Part shown: piece after piece, positions 26,501 through 38,465 of the stretch | Layout of the letters: every line of letters begins with the position of its first letter | Numbering within the stretch: position 1 is the first letter of the stretch | From: the human T2T-CHM13v2.0 reference genome, Homo sapiens | Assembly (NCBI RefSeq): GCF_009914755.1 | Contig: NC_060929.1 | Reading direction: 5' to 3' (one strand) | DNA: 64,000 nucleotides | Made by a program: the position numbers and the translations under genes | Notes under the pieces: model-generated | The model's input: the letters and a program-made list of their open reading frames with translations, nothing else | Database searches by the model: none | Told to the model about the DNA's origin: nothing

Positions 26501-29200
26501 TTGCAAGTGGAGATTTCAAGCGCTTTGAGGCCAAAGGCAGAAAAGGAAATATCTTCGTATAAAAACTAGACAGAATCATTCTCAGAAACTGCTCTGCGAT
26601 GTGTGCGTTCAACTCTCAGAGTTTAACTTTTCTTTTCATTCAGCAGTTTGGAAACACTCTGTTTGTAAAGTCTGCACGTGGATATTTTGACCACTTAGAG
26701 GCCTTCGTTGGAAACGGGTTTTTTTCCTGTAAGGCTAGACAGAAGAATTCCCAGTAACTTCCTTGTGTTGTGTACATTCAACTCACAGAGTTGAACGTTC
26801 CCTTAGACAGAGCAGATTTGAAACACTCTTTTTGTGCAATTGGCAAGTGGAGATTTCAAGCGCTTTAAGGTCAATGGCAGAAAAGGAAATATCTTCGTTT
26901 CAAAACTAGAGAGAATCATTCCCAAAAACTGCGTTGTGATGTGTTCGTTCATCTCACAGAGTTTAACCTTTCTTTTCATAGAGCAGTTAGGAAACAGTCT
27001 GTTTGTAAATTCTGTAAGTGGATATTCTGACATCTTGTGGCCTTCGTTGGAAACGGGATTTCTTCATATTCTGCTAGACAGAAGAATTCTCAGAATCTTC
27101 CTTGTGTTGTGTGTATTCAACTCACAGAGTTGAACGATGGTTTACACAGAGCAGATTTGAAACACTCTTTTTGTGGAATTTGCAAGTGGAGATTTCAGCC
27201 GCTTTGAGGTCAATGGTAGAAAAGGAAATATCTTCGTATAAAAACTAGACAGAATGATTCTCAGAAACTTCTTTGTGATGTGTGCGTTCAACTCACAGAG
27301 TTTAACCTTTCTTTTCATAGAGCAGTTAGGAAACACTCTGTTTGTAAACTCTGCAAGTGGATATTCAGACCTCTTTGAGGCCTTCGTTGGAAACGGGATT
27401 TCTTCATACTGTGCTAGACAGAAGAATTCTCAGTAACTTCCTTGTGTTGTGTGTATTCAACTCACAGAGTTGACCGATCCTTTACACAGAGCAGACTTGA
27501 AACACTCTTTTTGTGGAATTTGCAAGTGGAGATTTCAGCCGCTTTGAAGTCAAAGGTAGAAAAGGGAATATCTTCCTATAAAAACTAGACAGAATGATTC
27601 TCAGAAACTCCTTTGTGATGTGTGCGTTCAACTCACAGAGTTTAACCTTTCTTTTCATAGAGCAGTTAGGAAACACTCTGTTTCTAAAGTCTGCAAGTGG
27701 ATATTCAGACCTCTTTGAGGCCTTCTTTGGAAACGGGTTTTTTTCATATAAGGCTAGAGAGAAGAATTCCCAGTAACTTCCTTGTGTTGTGTGTGTTCAA
27801 CTCACAGAGTTGAACTTTCATTTACACAGAGCAGATTTGAAACACTCTTTTTGTGGAATTTGCAAGTGGAGATTTCAAGCGCTGTGAGGCCAAAGGCAGA
27901 AAAGGAAATATCTTCGTATAAAAACTAGACAGAATCATTCTCAGAAACTGCTCTGCGATGTGTGCGTTCAACTCTCAGAGTTTAACTTTTCTTTTCATTC
28001 AGCAGTTTGGAAACACTCTGTTTGTAAAGTCTGCACGTGGATAACTTGACCACTTAGAGGCCTTCGTTGGAAACGGGTTTTTTTCATGTAAGGCTAGACA
28101 GAAGAATTCTCAGTAACTTCCTTGTGTTGTGTGTATTCAACTCACAGAGTTGAACGATCCTTTACACAGAGCAGACTTGTAACACTCTTTTTGTGGAATT
28201 TGCAAGTGGAGATTTCAGCCGCTTTGAAGTCAAAGGTAGAAAAGGAAATATCTTCCTATAAAAACTAGACAGAATGATTCTCAGAAACTCCTTTGTGATG
28301 TGTGCGTTCAACTCACAGAGTTTAACCTTTCTTTTCATAGAGCAGTTAGGAAACACTCTGTTTGTAAAGTCTGCAAGTGGATATTCAGCCCTCTTTGAGG
28401 CCTTCGTTGGAAACGGTTTTTTTTCATATAAGGCTAGACAGAAGAATTCCCAGTAACTTCCTTGTGTTGTGTGTGTTCAACTCACAGAGTTGAACTTTGA
28501 TTTACACAGAGCAGATTTGAAACACTCTTTTTGTGGAATTTGCAAGTGGAGATTTCAAGCGCTTTGAGGCCAAAGGCAGAAAAGGAAATATCTTCGTATA
28601 AAAACTAGACAGAATCATTCTCAGAAACTGCTCTGCGATGTGTGCGTTCAACTCTCAGAGTTTAACTTTTCTTTTCATTCAGCAGTTTGGAAACACTCTG
28701 TTTGTAAAGTCTGCACGTGGATATTTTGACCACTTAGAGGCCTTCGTTGGAAACGGGTTTTTTTCCTGTAAGGCTAGACAGAAGAATTCCCAGTAACTTC
28801 CTTGTGTTGTGTACATTCAACTCACAGAGTTGAACGTTCCCTTAGACAGAGCAGATTTGAAACACTCTTTTTGTGCAATTGGCAAGTGGAGATTTCAAGC
28901 GCTTTAAGGTCAATGGCAGAAAAGGAAATATCTTCGTTTCAAAACTAGAGAGAATCATTCCCAAAAACTGCGTTGTGATGTGTTCGTTCATCTCACAGAG
29001 TTTAACCTTTCTTTTCATAGAGCAGTTAGGAAACAGTCTGTTTGTAAATTCTGTAAGTGGATATTCTGACATCTTGTGGCCTTCGTTGGAAACGGGATTT
29101 CTTCATATTCTGCTAGACAGAAGAATTCTCAGAATCTTCCTTGTGTTGTGTGTATTCAACTCACAGAGTTGAACGATGGTTTACACAGAGCAGATTTGAA
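17550..29200 (+). repeat. Near-identical tandem duplication, 5437-bp (32-monomer) period
   Basis: ORF variants repeat at +5437 (17999/23436, 18307/23744, 19327/24764, 20686/26123, 22157/27594). Shared private SNPs: cagaaagatt, caactgacag, ttcgcataa, cttcttata, ctagagagaa. Confidence 0.93.
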
Positions 29201-30310
29201 ACACTCTTTTTGTGGAATTTGCAAGTGGAGATTTCAGCCGCTTTGAGGTCAATGGTAGAAAAGGAAATATCTTCGTATAAAAACTAGACAGAATGATTCT
29301 CAGAAACTTCTTTGTGATGTGTGCGTTCAACTCACAGAGTTTAACCTTTCTTTTCATAGAGCAGTTAGGAAACACTCTGTTTGTAAACTCTGCAAGTGGA
29401 TATTCAGACCTCTTTGAGGCCTTCGTTGGAAACGGGATTTCTTCATACTGTGCTAGACAGAAGAATTCTCAGTAACTTCCTTGTGTTGTGTGTATTCAAC
29501 TCACAGAGTTGACCGATCCTTTACACAGAGCAGACTTGAAACACTCTTTTTGTGGAATTTGCAAGTGGAGATTTCAGCCGCTTTGAAGTCAAAGGTAGAA
29601 AAGGGAATATCTTCCTATAAAAACTAGACAGAATGATTCTCAGAAACTCCTTTGTGATGTGTGCGTTCAACTCACAGAGTTTAACCTTTCTTTTCATAGA
29701 GCAGTTAGGAAACACTCTGTTTCTAAAGTCTGCAAGTGGATATTCAGACCTCTTTGAGGCCTTCTTTGGAAACGGGTTTTTTTCATATAAGGCTAGAGAG
29801 AAGAATTCCCAGTAACTTCCTTGTGTTGTGTGTGTTCAACTCACAGAGTTGAACTTTCATTTACACAGAGCAGATTTGAAACACTCTTTTTGTGGAATTT
29901 GCAAGTGGAGATTTCAAGCGCTGTGAGGCCAAAGGCAGAAAAGGAAATATCTTCGTATAAAAACTAGACAGAATCATTCTCAGAAACTGCTCTGCGATGT
30001 GTGCGTTCAACTCTCAGAGTTTAACTTTTCTTTTCATTCAGCAGTTTGGAAACACTCTGTTTGTAAAGTCTGCACGTGGATAACTTGACCACTTAGAGGC
30101 CTTCGTTGGAAACGGGTTTTTTTCATGTAAGGCTAGACAGAAGAATTCTCAGTAACTTCCTTGTGTTGTGTGTATTCAACTCACAGAGTTGAACGATCCT
30201 TTACACAGAGCAGACTTGTAACACTCTTTTTGTGGAATTTGCAAGTGGAGATTTCAGCCGCTTTGAAGTCAAAGGTAGAAAAGGAAATATCTTCCTATAA
30301 AAACTAGACA
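26220..30310 (+). repeat. Tandem duplication, 2039-bp (12-mer) period
   Basis: Matching starts at 26834/28873, 27254/29293 and 27594/29633, with shared cttctttgg, aagggaat, gataacttg and gcgctgtg variants. Confidence 0.9.
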
Positions 30311-33300
30311 GATAGATTCTCAGAAACTCCTTTGTGATGTGTGCGTTCAACTCACAGAGTTTAACCTTTCTTTTCATAGAGCAGTTAGGAAACACTCTGT
30401 TTGTAAAGTCTGCAAGTGGATATTCAGCCCTCTTTGAGGCCTTCGTTGGAAACGGGTTTTTTTCATATAAGGCTAGACAGAAGAATTCCCAGTAACTTCC
30501 TTGTGTTGTGTGTGTTCAACTCACAGAGTTGAACTTTCATTTACACAGAGCAGATTTGAAACACTCTTTTTGTGGAATTTGCAAGTGGAGATTTCAAGCG
30601 CTTTGAGGCCAAAGGCAGAAAAGGAAATATCTTCGTATAAAAACTAGACAGAATCATTCTCAGAAGCTGCTCTGCGATGTGTGCGTTCAACTCTCAGAGT
30701 TTAACTTTTCTTTTCATTCAGCAGTTTGGAAACACTCTGTTTGTAAAGTCTGCACGTGGATATTTTGACCACTTAGAGGCCTTCGTTGGAAACGGGTTTT
30801 TTTCCTGTAAGGCTAGACAGAAGAATTCCCAGTAACTTCCTTGTGTTGTGTACATTCAACTCACAGAGTTGAACGTTCCCTTAGACAGAGCAGATTTGAA
30901 ACACTCTTTTTGTGCAATTGGCAAGTGGAGATTTCAAGCGCTTTGAGGTCAATGGCAGAAAAGGAAATATCTTCGTTTCAAAACTAGACAGAATCATTCC
31001 CACAAACTGCGTTGTGATGTGTTCGTTCAACTCACAGAGTTTAACCTTTCTTTTCATAGAGCAGTTAGGAAACAGTCTGTTTGAAAATTCTGTAAGTGGA
31101 TATTCTGACATCTTGTGGCCTTCGTTGGAAACGGGATTTCTTCATATTCTGCTAGACAGAAGAATTCTCAGAATCTTCCTTGTGTTGTGTGTATTCAACT
31201 CACAGAGTTGAACGATGGTTTACACAGAGCAGATTTGAAACACTCATTTGGTGGAATTTGCAAGTGGAGATTTCAGCCGCTTTGAGGTCAATGGTAGAAA
31301 AGGAAATATCTTCGTATAACAACTAGACAGAATGATTCTCAGAAACTTCTTTGTGATGTGTGTGTTCAACTCACAGAGTTTAACCTTTCTTTTCATAGAG
31401 CAGTTAGGAAACACTGTGTTTTTAAACTCTGCAAGTGGATATTCAGACCTCTTTGAGGCCTTCGTTGGAAACGGGTTTCTTCATACTGTGCTAGACAGAA
31501 GAATTCTCAGTAACTTCCTTGTGTTGTGTGTATTCAACTCACAGAGTTGAACGATCCTTTACACAGAGCAGACTTGAAACACTCTTTTTGTGGAATTTGC
31601 AAGTGGAGATTTCAGCCGCGTTGAGGTCAATGGTAGAAAAGGAAATATCTTCGTATAAAAACTAGACAGAATGATTCTCAGAAACTCCTTTGTGATGTGT
31701 GTGTTCAACTCACAGAGTTTAACATTTCTTTTCATAGAGCAGTTAGGAAACACTCTGTTTGTAAAGTCTGCAAGTGGATATTCAGACCTCTTTGAGGCCT
31801 TCGTTGGAAACGGGTTTTTTTCATATAAGGCTAGACAGAAGAATTCCCAGTAACTTCCTTGTGTTGTGTGTGTTCAACTCACAGAGTTGAACTTTCATTT
31901 ACACAGAGCAGATTTGAAACACTCTTTTTGTGGAATTTGCAAATGGAGATTTCAAGCGCTTTGAGGCCAAAGGCAGAAAAGGAAATATCTTCGTATAAAA
32001 ACTAGACAGAATCATTCTCAGAAACTGCTCTGTGATGTGTGCGTTCAACTCTCAGAGTTTAACTTTTCTTTTCATTCAGCAGTTTGGAAACACTCTGTTT
32101 GTAAAGTCTGCACGTGGATAATTTGACCACTTAGAGGCCTTCGTTGGAAACGGGTTTTTTTCATGTAAGGCTAGACAGAAGAATTCTCAGTAACTTCCTT
32201 GTGTTGTGTGTATCCAACTCACAGAGTTGAACGATCCTTTACACAGAGCAGACTTGTAACACTCTTTTTGTGGAATTTGCAAGTGGAGATTTCAGCCGCT
32301 TTGAAGTCAAAGGTAGAAAAGGAAATATCTTCCTATAAAAACTAGACAGAATGATTCTCAGAAACTCCTTTGTGATGTGTACGTTCAACTCACAGAGTTT
32401 AACCTTTCTTTTCATAGAGCAGTTAGGAAACACTCTGTTTTTAAAGTCTGCAAGTGGATATTCAGACCTCTTTGAGGCCTTCGTTGGAAACGGGTTTTTT
32501 TCATATAAGGCTAGACAGAAGGATTCCCAGTAACTTCCTTGTGTTGTGTGTGTTCAACTCACAGAGTTGAACTTTCATTTACAAAGAGCAGATTTGAAAC
32601 ACTCTTTTTGTGGAATTTGCAATTGGAGATTTCAAGCGCTTTGAGGCCAAAGGCAGAAAAGGAAATATCTTCGTATAAAAACTAGACAAAATCATTCTCA
32701 GAAACTGCTCTGCGATGTGTGCGTTCAACTCTCAGAGTTTAACTTTTCTTTTCATTCAGCAGTTTGGAAACACTCTGTTTGTAAAGTCTGCACGTGGATA
32801 ACTTGACCACTTAGAGGCCTTCGTTGGAAACGGGTTTTTTTCATGTAAGGCTAGACAGAAGAATTCTCAGTAACTTCCTTGTGTTGTGTGTATTCAACTC
32901 ACAGAGTTGAACGATCCTTTACACAGAGCAGACTTGTAACACTCTTTTTGTGGAATTTGCAAGTGGAGATTTCAGCCGCTTTGAAGTCAAAGGTAGAAAA
33001 GGAAATATCTTCCTATAAAAACTAGACAGATAGATTCTCAGAAACTCCTTTGTGATGTGTGCGTTCAACTCACAGAGTTTAACCTTTCTTTTCATAGAGC
33101 AGTTAGGAAACACTCTGTTTGTAAAGTCTGCAAGTGGATATTCAGACCTCTTTGAGGCCTTCGTTGGAAACGGGTTTTTTTCATATAAGGCTAGACAGAA
33201 GAATTCCCAGTAACTTCCTTGTGTTGTGTGTGTTCAACTCACAGAGTTGAACTTTCATTTACACAGAGCAGATTTGAAACACTCTTTTTGTGGAATTTGC

Positions 33301-35400
33301 AAGTGGAGATTTCAAGCGCTTTGAGGCCAAAGGCAGAAAAGGAAATATCTTCGTATAAAAACTAGACAGAATCATTCTCAGAAGCTGCTCTGCGATGTGT
33401 GCGTTCAACTCTCAGAGTTTAACTTTTCTTTTCATTCAGCAGTTTGGAAACACTCTGTTTGTAAAGTCTGCACGTGGATATTTTGACCACTTAGAGGCCT
33501 TCGTTGGAAACGGGTTTTTTTCCTGTAAGGCTAGACAGAAGAATTCCCAGTAACTTCCTTGTGTTGTGTACATTCAACTCACAGAGTTGAACGTTCCCTT
33601 AGACAGAGCAGATTTGAAACACTCTTTTTGTGCAATTGGCAAGTGGAGATTTCAAGCGCTTTGAGGTCAATGGCAGAAAAGGAAATATCTTCGTTTCAAA
33701 ACTAGACAGAATCATTCCCACAAACTGCGTTGTGATGTGTTCGTTCAACTCACAGAGTTTAACCTTTCTTTTCATAGAGCAGTTAGGAAACAGTCTGTTT
33801 GAAAATTCTGTAAGTGGATATTCTGACATCTTGTGGCCTTCGTTGGAAACGGGATTTCTTCATATTCTGCTAGACAGAAGAATTCTCAGAATCTTCCTTG
33901 TGTTGTGTGTATTCAACTCACAGAGTTGAACGATGGTTTACACAGAGCAGATTTGAAACACTCATTTGGTGGAATTTGCAAGTGGAGATTTCAGCCGCTT
34001 TGAGGTCAATGGTAGAAAAGGAAATATCTTCGTATAACAACTAGACAGAATGATTCTCAGAAACTTCTTTGTGATGTGTGTGTTCAACTCACAGAGTTTA
34101 ACCTTTCTTTTCATAGAGCAGTTAGGAAACACTGTGTTTTTAAACTCTGCAAGTGGATATTCAGACCTCTTTGAGGCCTTCGTTGGAAACGGGTTTCTTC
34201 ATACTGTGCTAGACAGAAGAATTCTCAGTAACTTCCTTGTGTTGTGTGTATTCAACTCACAGAGTTGAACGATCCTTTACACAGAGCAGACTTGAAACAC
34301 TCTTTTTGTGGAATTTGCAAGTGGAGATTTCAGCCGCGTTGAGGTCAATGGTAGAAAAGGAAATATCTTCGTATAAAAACTAGACAGAATGATTCTCAGA
34401 AACTCCTTTGTGATGTGTGTGTTCAACTCACAGAGTTTAACATTTCTTTTCATAGAGCAGTTAGGAAACACTCTGTTTGTAAAGTCTGCAAGTGGATATT
34501 CAGACCTCTTTGAGGCCTTCGTTGGAAACGGGTTTTTTTCATATAAGGCTAGACAGAAGAATTCCCAGTAACTTCCTTGTGTTGTGTGTGTTCAACTCAC
34601 AGAGTTGAACTTTCATTTACACAGAGCAGATTTGAAACACTCTTTTTGTGGAATTTGCAAATGGAGATTTCAAGCGCTTTGAGGCCAAAGGCAGAAAAGG
34701 AAATATCTTCGTATAAAAACTAGACAGAATCATTCTCAGAAACTGCTCTGCGATGTGTGCGTTCAACTCTCAGAGTTTAACTTTTCTTTTCATTCAGCAG
34801 TTTGGAAACACTCTGTTTGTAAAGTCTGCACGTGGATAATTTGACCACTTAGAGGCCTTCGTTGGAAACGGGTTTTTTTCATGTAAGGCTAGACAGAAGA
34901 ATTCTCAGTAACTTCCTTGTGTTGTGTGTATCCAACTCACAGAGTTGAACGATCCTTTACACAGAGCAGACTTGTAACACTCTTTTTGTGGAATTTGCAA
35001 GTGGAGATTTCAGCCGCTTTGAAGTCAAAGGTAGAAAAGGAAATATCTTCCTATAAAAACTAGACAGAATGATTCTCAGAAACTCCTTTGTGATGTGTAC
35101 GTTCAACTCACAGAGTTTAACCTTTCTTTTCATAGAGCAGTTAGGAAACACTCTGTTTGTAAAGTCTGCAAGTGGATATTCAGACCTCTTTGAGGCCTTC
35201 GTTGGAAACGGGTTTTTTTCATATAAGGCTAGACAGAAGGATTCCCAGTAACTTCCTTGTGTTGTGTGTGTTCAACTCACAGAGTTGAACTTTCATTTAC
35301 AAAGAGCAGATTTGAAACACTCTTTTTGTGGAATTTGCAATTGGAGATTTCAAGCGCTTTGAGGCCAAAGGCAGAAAAGGAAATATCTTCGTATAAAAAC
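30050..35400 (+). repeat. Tandem duplication, 2718-bp (16-mer) period
   Basis: Shared private variants at +2718: gacagatagatt (~30311/33029), cagaagctgc (~30665/33383), tatccaact (~32213/34931), gtgtacgtt (~32380/35098), gcaattggag (~32621/35339). Confidence 0.9.
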
Positions 35401-37106
35401 TAGACAGAATCATTCTCAGAAACTGCTCTGCGATGTGTGCGTTCAACTCTCAGAGTTTAACTTTTCTTTTCATTCAGCAGTTTGGAAACACTCTGTTTGT
35501 AAAGTCTGCACGTGGATAATTTGACCACTTAGAGGCCTTCGTTGGAAACGGGTTTTTTTCATGTAAGGCTAGACAGAAGAATTCTCAGTAACTTCCTTGT
35601 GTTGTGTGTATTCAACTCACACAGTTGAACGATCCTTTACACAGAGCAGACTTGTAACACTCTTTTTGTGGAATTTGCAAGTGGAGATTTCAGCCGCTTT
35701 GAAGTCAAAGGTAGAAAAGGAAATATCTTCCTATAAAAACTAGACAGAATGATTCTCAGAAACTCCTTTGTGATGTGTGCGTTCAACTCACAGAGTTTAA
35801 CCTTTCTTTTCATAGAGCAGTTAGGAAACACTCTGCTTGTAAAGTCTGCAAGTGGATATTCAGCCCTCTTTGAGGCCTTCGTTGGAAACGGGTTTTTTTC
35901 ATATAAGGCTAGACAGAAGAATTCCCAGTAACTTCCTTGTGTTGTGTGTGTTCAACTCACAGAGTTGAACTTTGATTTACACAGAGCAGATTTGAAACAC
36001 TCTTTTTGTGGAATTTGCAAGTGGAGATTTCAAGCGCTTTGAGGCCAAAGGCAGAAAAGGAAATATCTTCGTATAAAAACTAGACAGAATCATTCTCAGA
36101 AACTGCTCTGCGATGTGTGCGTTCAACTCTCAGAGTTTAACTTTTCTTTTCATTCAGCAGTTTGGAAACACTCTGTTTGTAAAGTCTGCACGTGGATATT
36201 TTGACCACTTAGAGGCCTTCGTTGGAAACGGGTTTTTTTCCTGTAAGGCTAGACAGAAGAATTCCCAGTAACTTCCTTGTGTTGTGTACATTCAACTCAC
36301 AGAGTTGAACGTTCCCTTAGACAGAGCAGATTTGAAACACTCTTTTTGTGCAATTGGCAAGTGGAGATTTCAAGCACTTTGAGGTCAATGGCAGAAAAGG
36401 AAATATCTTCGTTTCAAAACTAGACAGAATCATTCCCACAAACTGCGTTGTGATGTGTTCGTTCATCTCACAGAGTTTAACCTTTCTTTTCATAGAGCAG
36501 TTAGGAAACAGTCTGTTTGAAAATTCTGTAAGGGGATATTCTGACATCTTGTGGCCTTCGTTGGAAACGGGATTTCTTCATATTCTGCTAGACAAAAGAA
36601 TTCTCAGAATCTTCCTTGTGTTGTGTGTATTCAACTCACAGAGTTGAACGATAGTTTACACAGAGCAGATTTGAAACACTCATTTGGTGGAATTTGCAAG
36701 TGGAGATTTCAGCCGCTTTGAGGTCAATGGTAGAAAAGGAAATATCTTCGTATAACAACTAGACAGAATGATTCTCAGAAACTTCTTTGTGATGTGTGTG
36801 TTCAACTCACAGTGTTTAACCTTTCTTTTCATAGAGCAGTTAGGAAACACTGTGTTTTTAAACTCTGCAAGTGGATATTCAGACCTCTTTGAGGCCTTCG
36901 TTGGAAACGGGTTTCTTCATACTGTGCTAGACAGAAGAATTCTCAGTAACTTCCTTGTGTTGTGTGTATTCAACTAACAGAGTTGAACGATCCTTTACAC
37001 AGAGCAGACTTGAAACACTCTTTTTGTGGAATTTGCAAGTGGAGATTTCAGCCGCGTTGAGGTCAATGGTAGAAAAGGAAATATCTTCGTATAAAAACTA
37101 GACAGA

Positions 37107-38465
37107 ATGATTCTCAGAAACTCCTTTGTGATGTGTGTGTTCAACTCACAGAGTTTAACATTTCTTTTCATAGAGCAGTTAGGAAACACTCTGTTTGTAA
37201 AGTCTGCAAGTGGATATTCAGACCTCTTTGAGGCCTTCGTTGGAAACGGGTTTTTTTCATATAAGGCTAGACAGAAGAATTCCCAGTAACTTCCTTGTGT
37301 TGTGTGTGTTCAACTCACAGAGTTGAACTTTGATTTACACAGAGCAGATTTGAAACACTCTTTTTGTGGAATTTGCAAGTGGAGATTTCAAGCGCTTTGA
37401 GGCCAAAGGCAGAAAAGGAAATATCTTCGTATAAAAACTAGACAGAATCATTCTCAGAAACTGCTCTGCGATGTGTGCGTTCAACTCTCAGAGTTTAACT
37501 TTTCTTTTCATTCAGCAGTTTGGAAACACTCTGTTTGTAAAGTCTGCACGTGGATATTTTGACCACTTAGAGGCCTTCGTTGGAAACGGGTTTTTTTCCT
37601 GTAAGGCTAGACAGAAGAATTCCCAGTAACTTCCTTGTGTTGTGTACATTCAACTCACAGAGTTGAACGTTCCCTTAGACAGAGCAGATTTGAAACACAC
37701 TTTTTGTGCAATTGGCAAGTGGAGATTTCAAGCGCTTTAAGGTCAATGGCATAAAAGGAAATATCTTCGTTTCAAAACTAGACAGAATCATTCCCACAAA
37801 CTGCGTTGTGATGTGCTCGTTCATCTCACAGAGTTTAACCTTTCTTTTCATAGAGCAGTTAGGAAACACTCTGTTTGTAAATTCTGTAAGTGGATATTCT
37901 GACATCTTGTGGCCTTCGCTGGAAACGGGATTTCTTCATATTCTGCTAGACAGAAGAATTCTCAGAATCTTCCTTGTGTTGTGTGTATTCAACTCACACA
38001 GTTGAACGATGGTTTACACAGAGCAGATTTGAAACACTCTTTTTGTGGAATTTGCAAGTGGAGATTTCAGCCGCTTTGAGGTCAATGGTAGAAAAGGAAA
38101 TATCTTCGTATAAAAACTAGACAGAATGATTCTCAGAAACTTCTTTGTGATGTGTGCGTTCAACTCAGAGAGTTTAACATTTCTTTTCATAGAGCAGTTA
38201 GGAAACACTCTGTTTGTAAACTCTGCAAGTGGATATTCAGACCTCTTCGAGGTCTTCGTTGGAAACGGGATTTCTTCATACTGTGCTAGACAGAAGAATT
38301 CTCAGTAACTTCCTTGTGTTGTGTGTATTCAACTCACAGAGTTGAACGATCCTTTACACAGAGCAGACTTGGAACACTCTTTTTGTGGAATTTGCAAGTG
38401 GAGATTTCAGCCGCGTTGAGGTCAATGGTAGAAAAGGAAATATCTTCGTATAAAAACTAGACAGA
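37107..38465 (+). repeat. Example of the canonical 8-mer HOR (1359 bp; dimers Q-P'-R-S)
   Basis: Four distinguishable dimers. Q at 37107: ctcctttgtg...catataagg. P' at 37447: ctgctctgcg...cacgtggatattttg...cctgtaagg...gtacattc...gtgcaattgg. R at 37787: cattcccacaaactgcg...ctgacatcttgtgg. S at 38126: cttctttgtg...catactgtgct. Q resumes at 38466. Confidence 0.9.
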
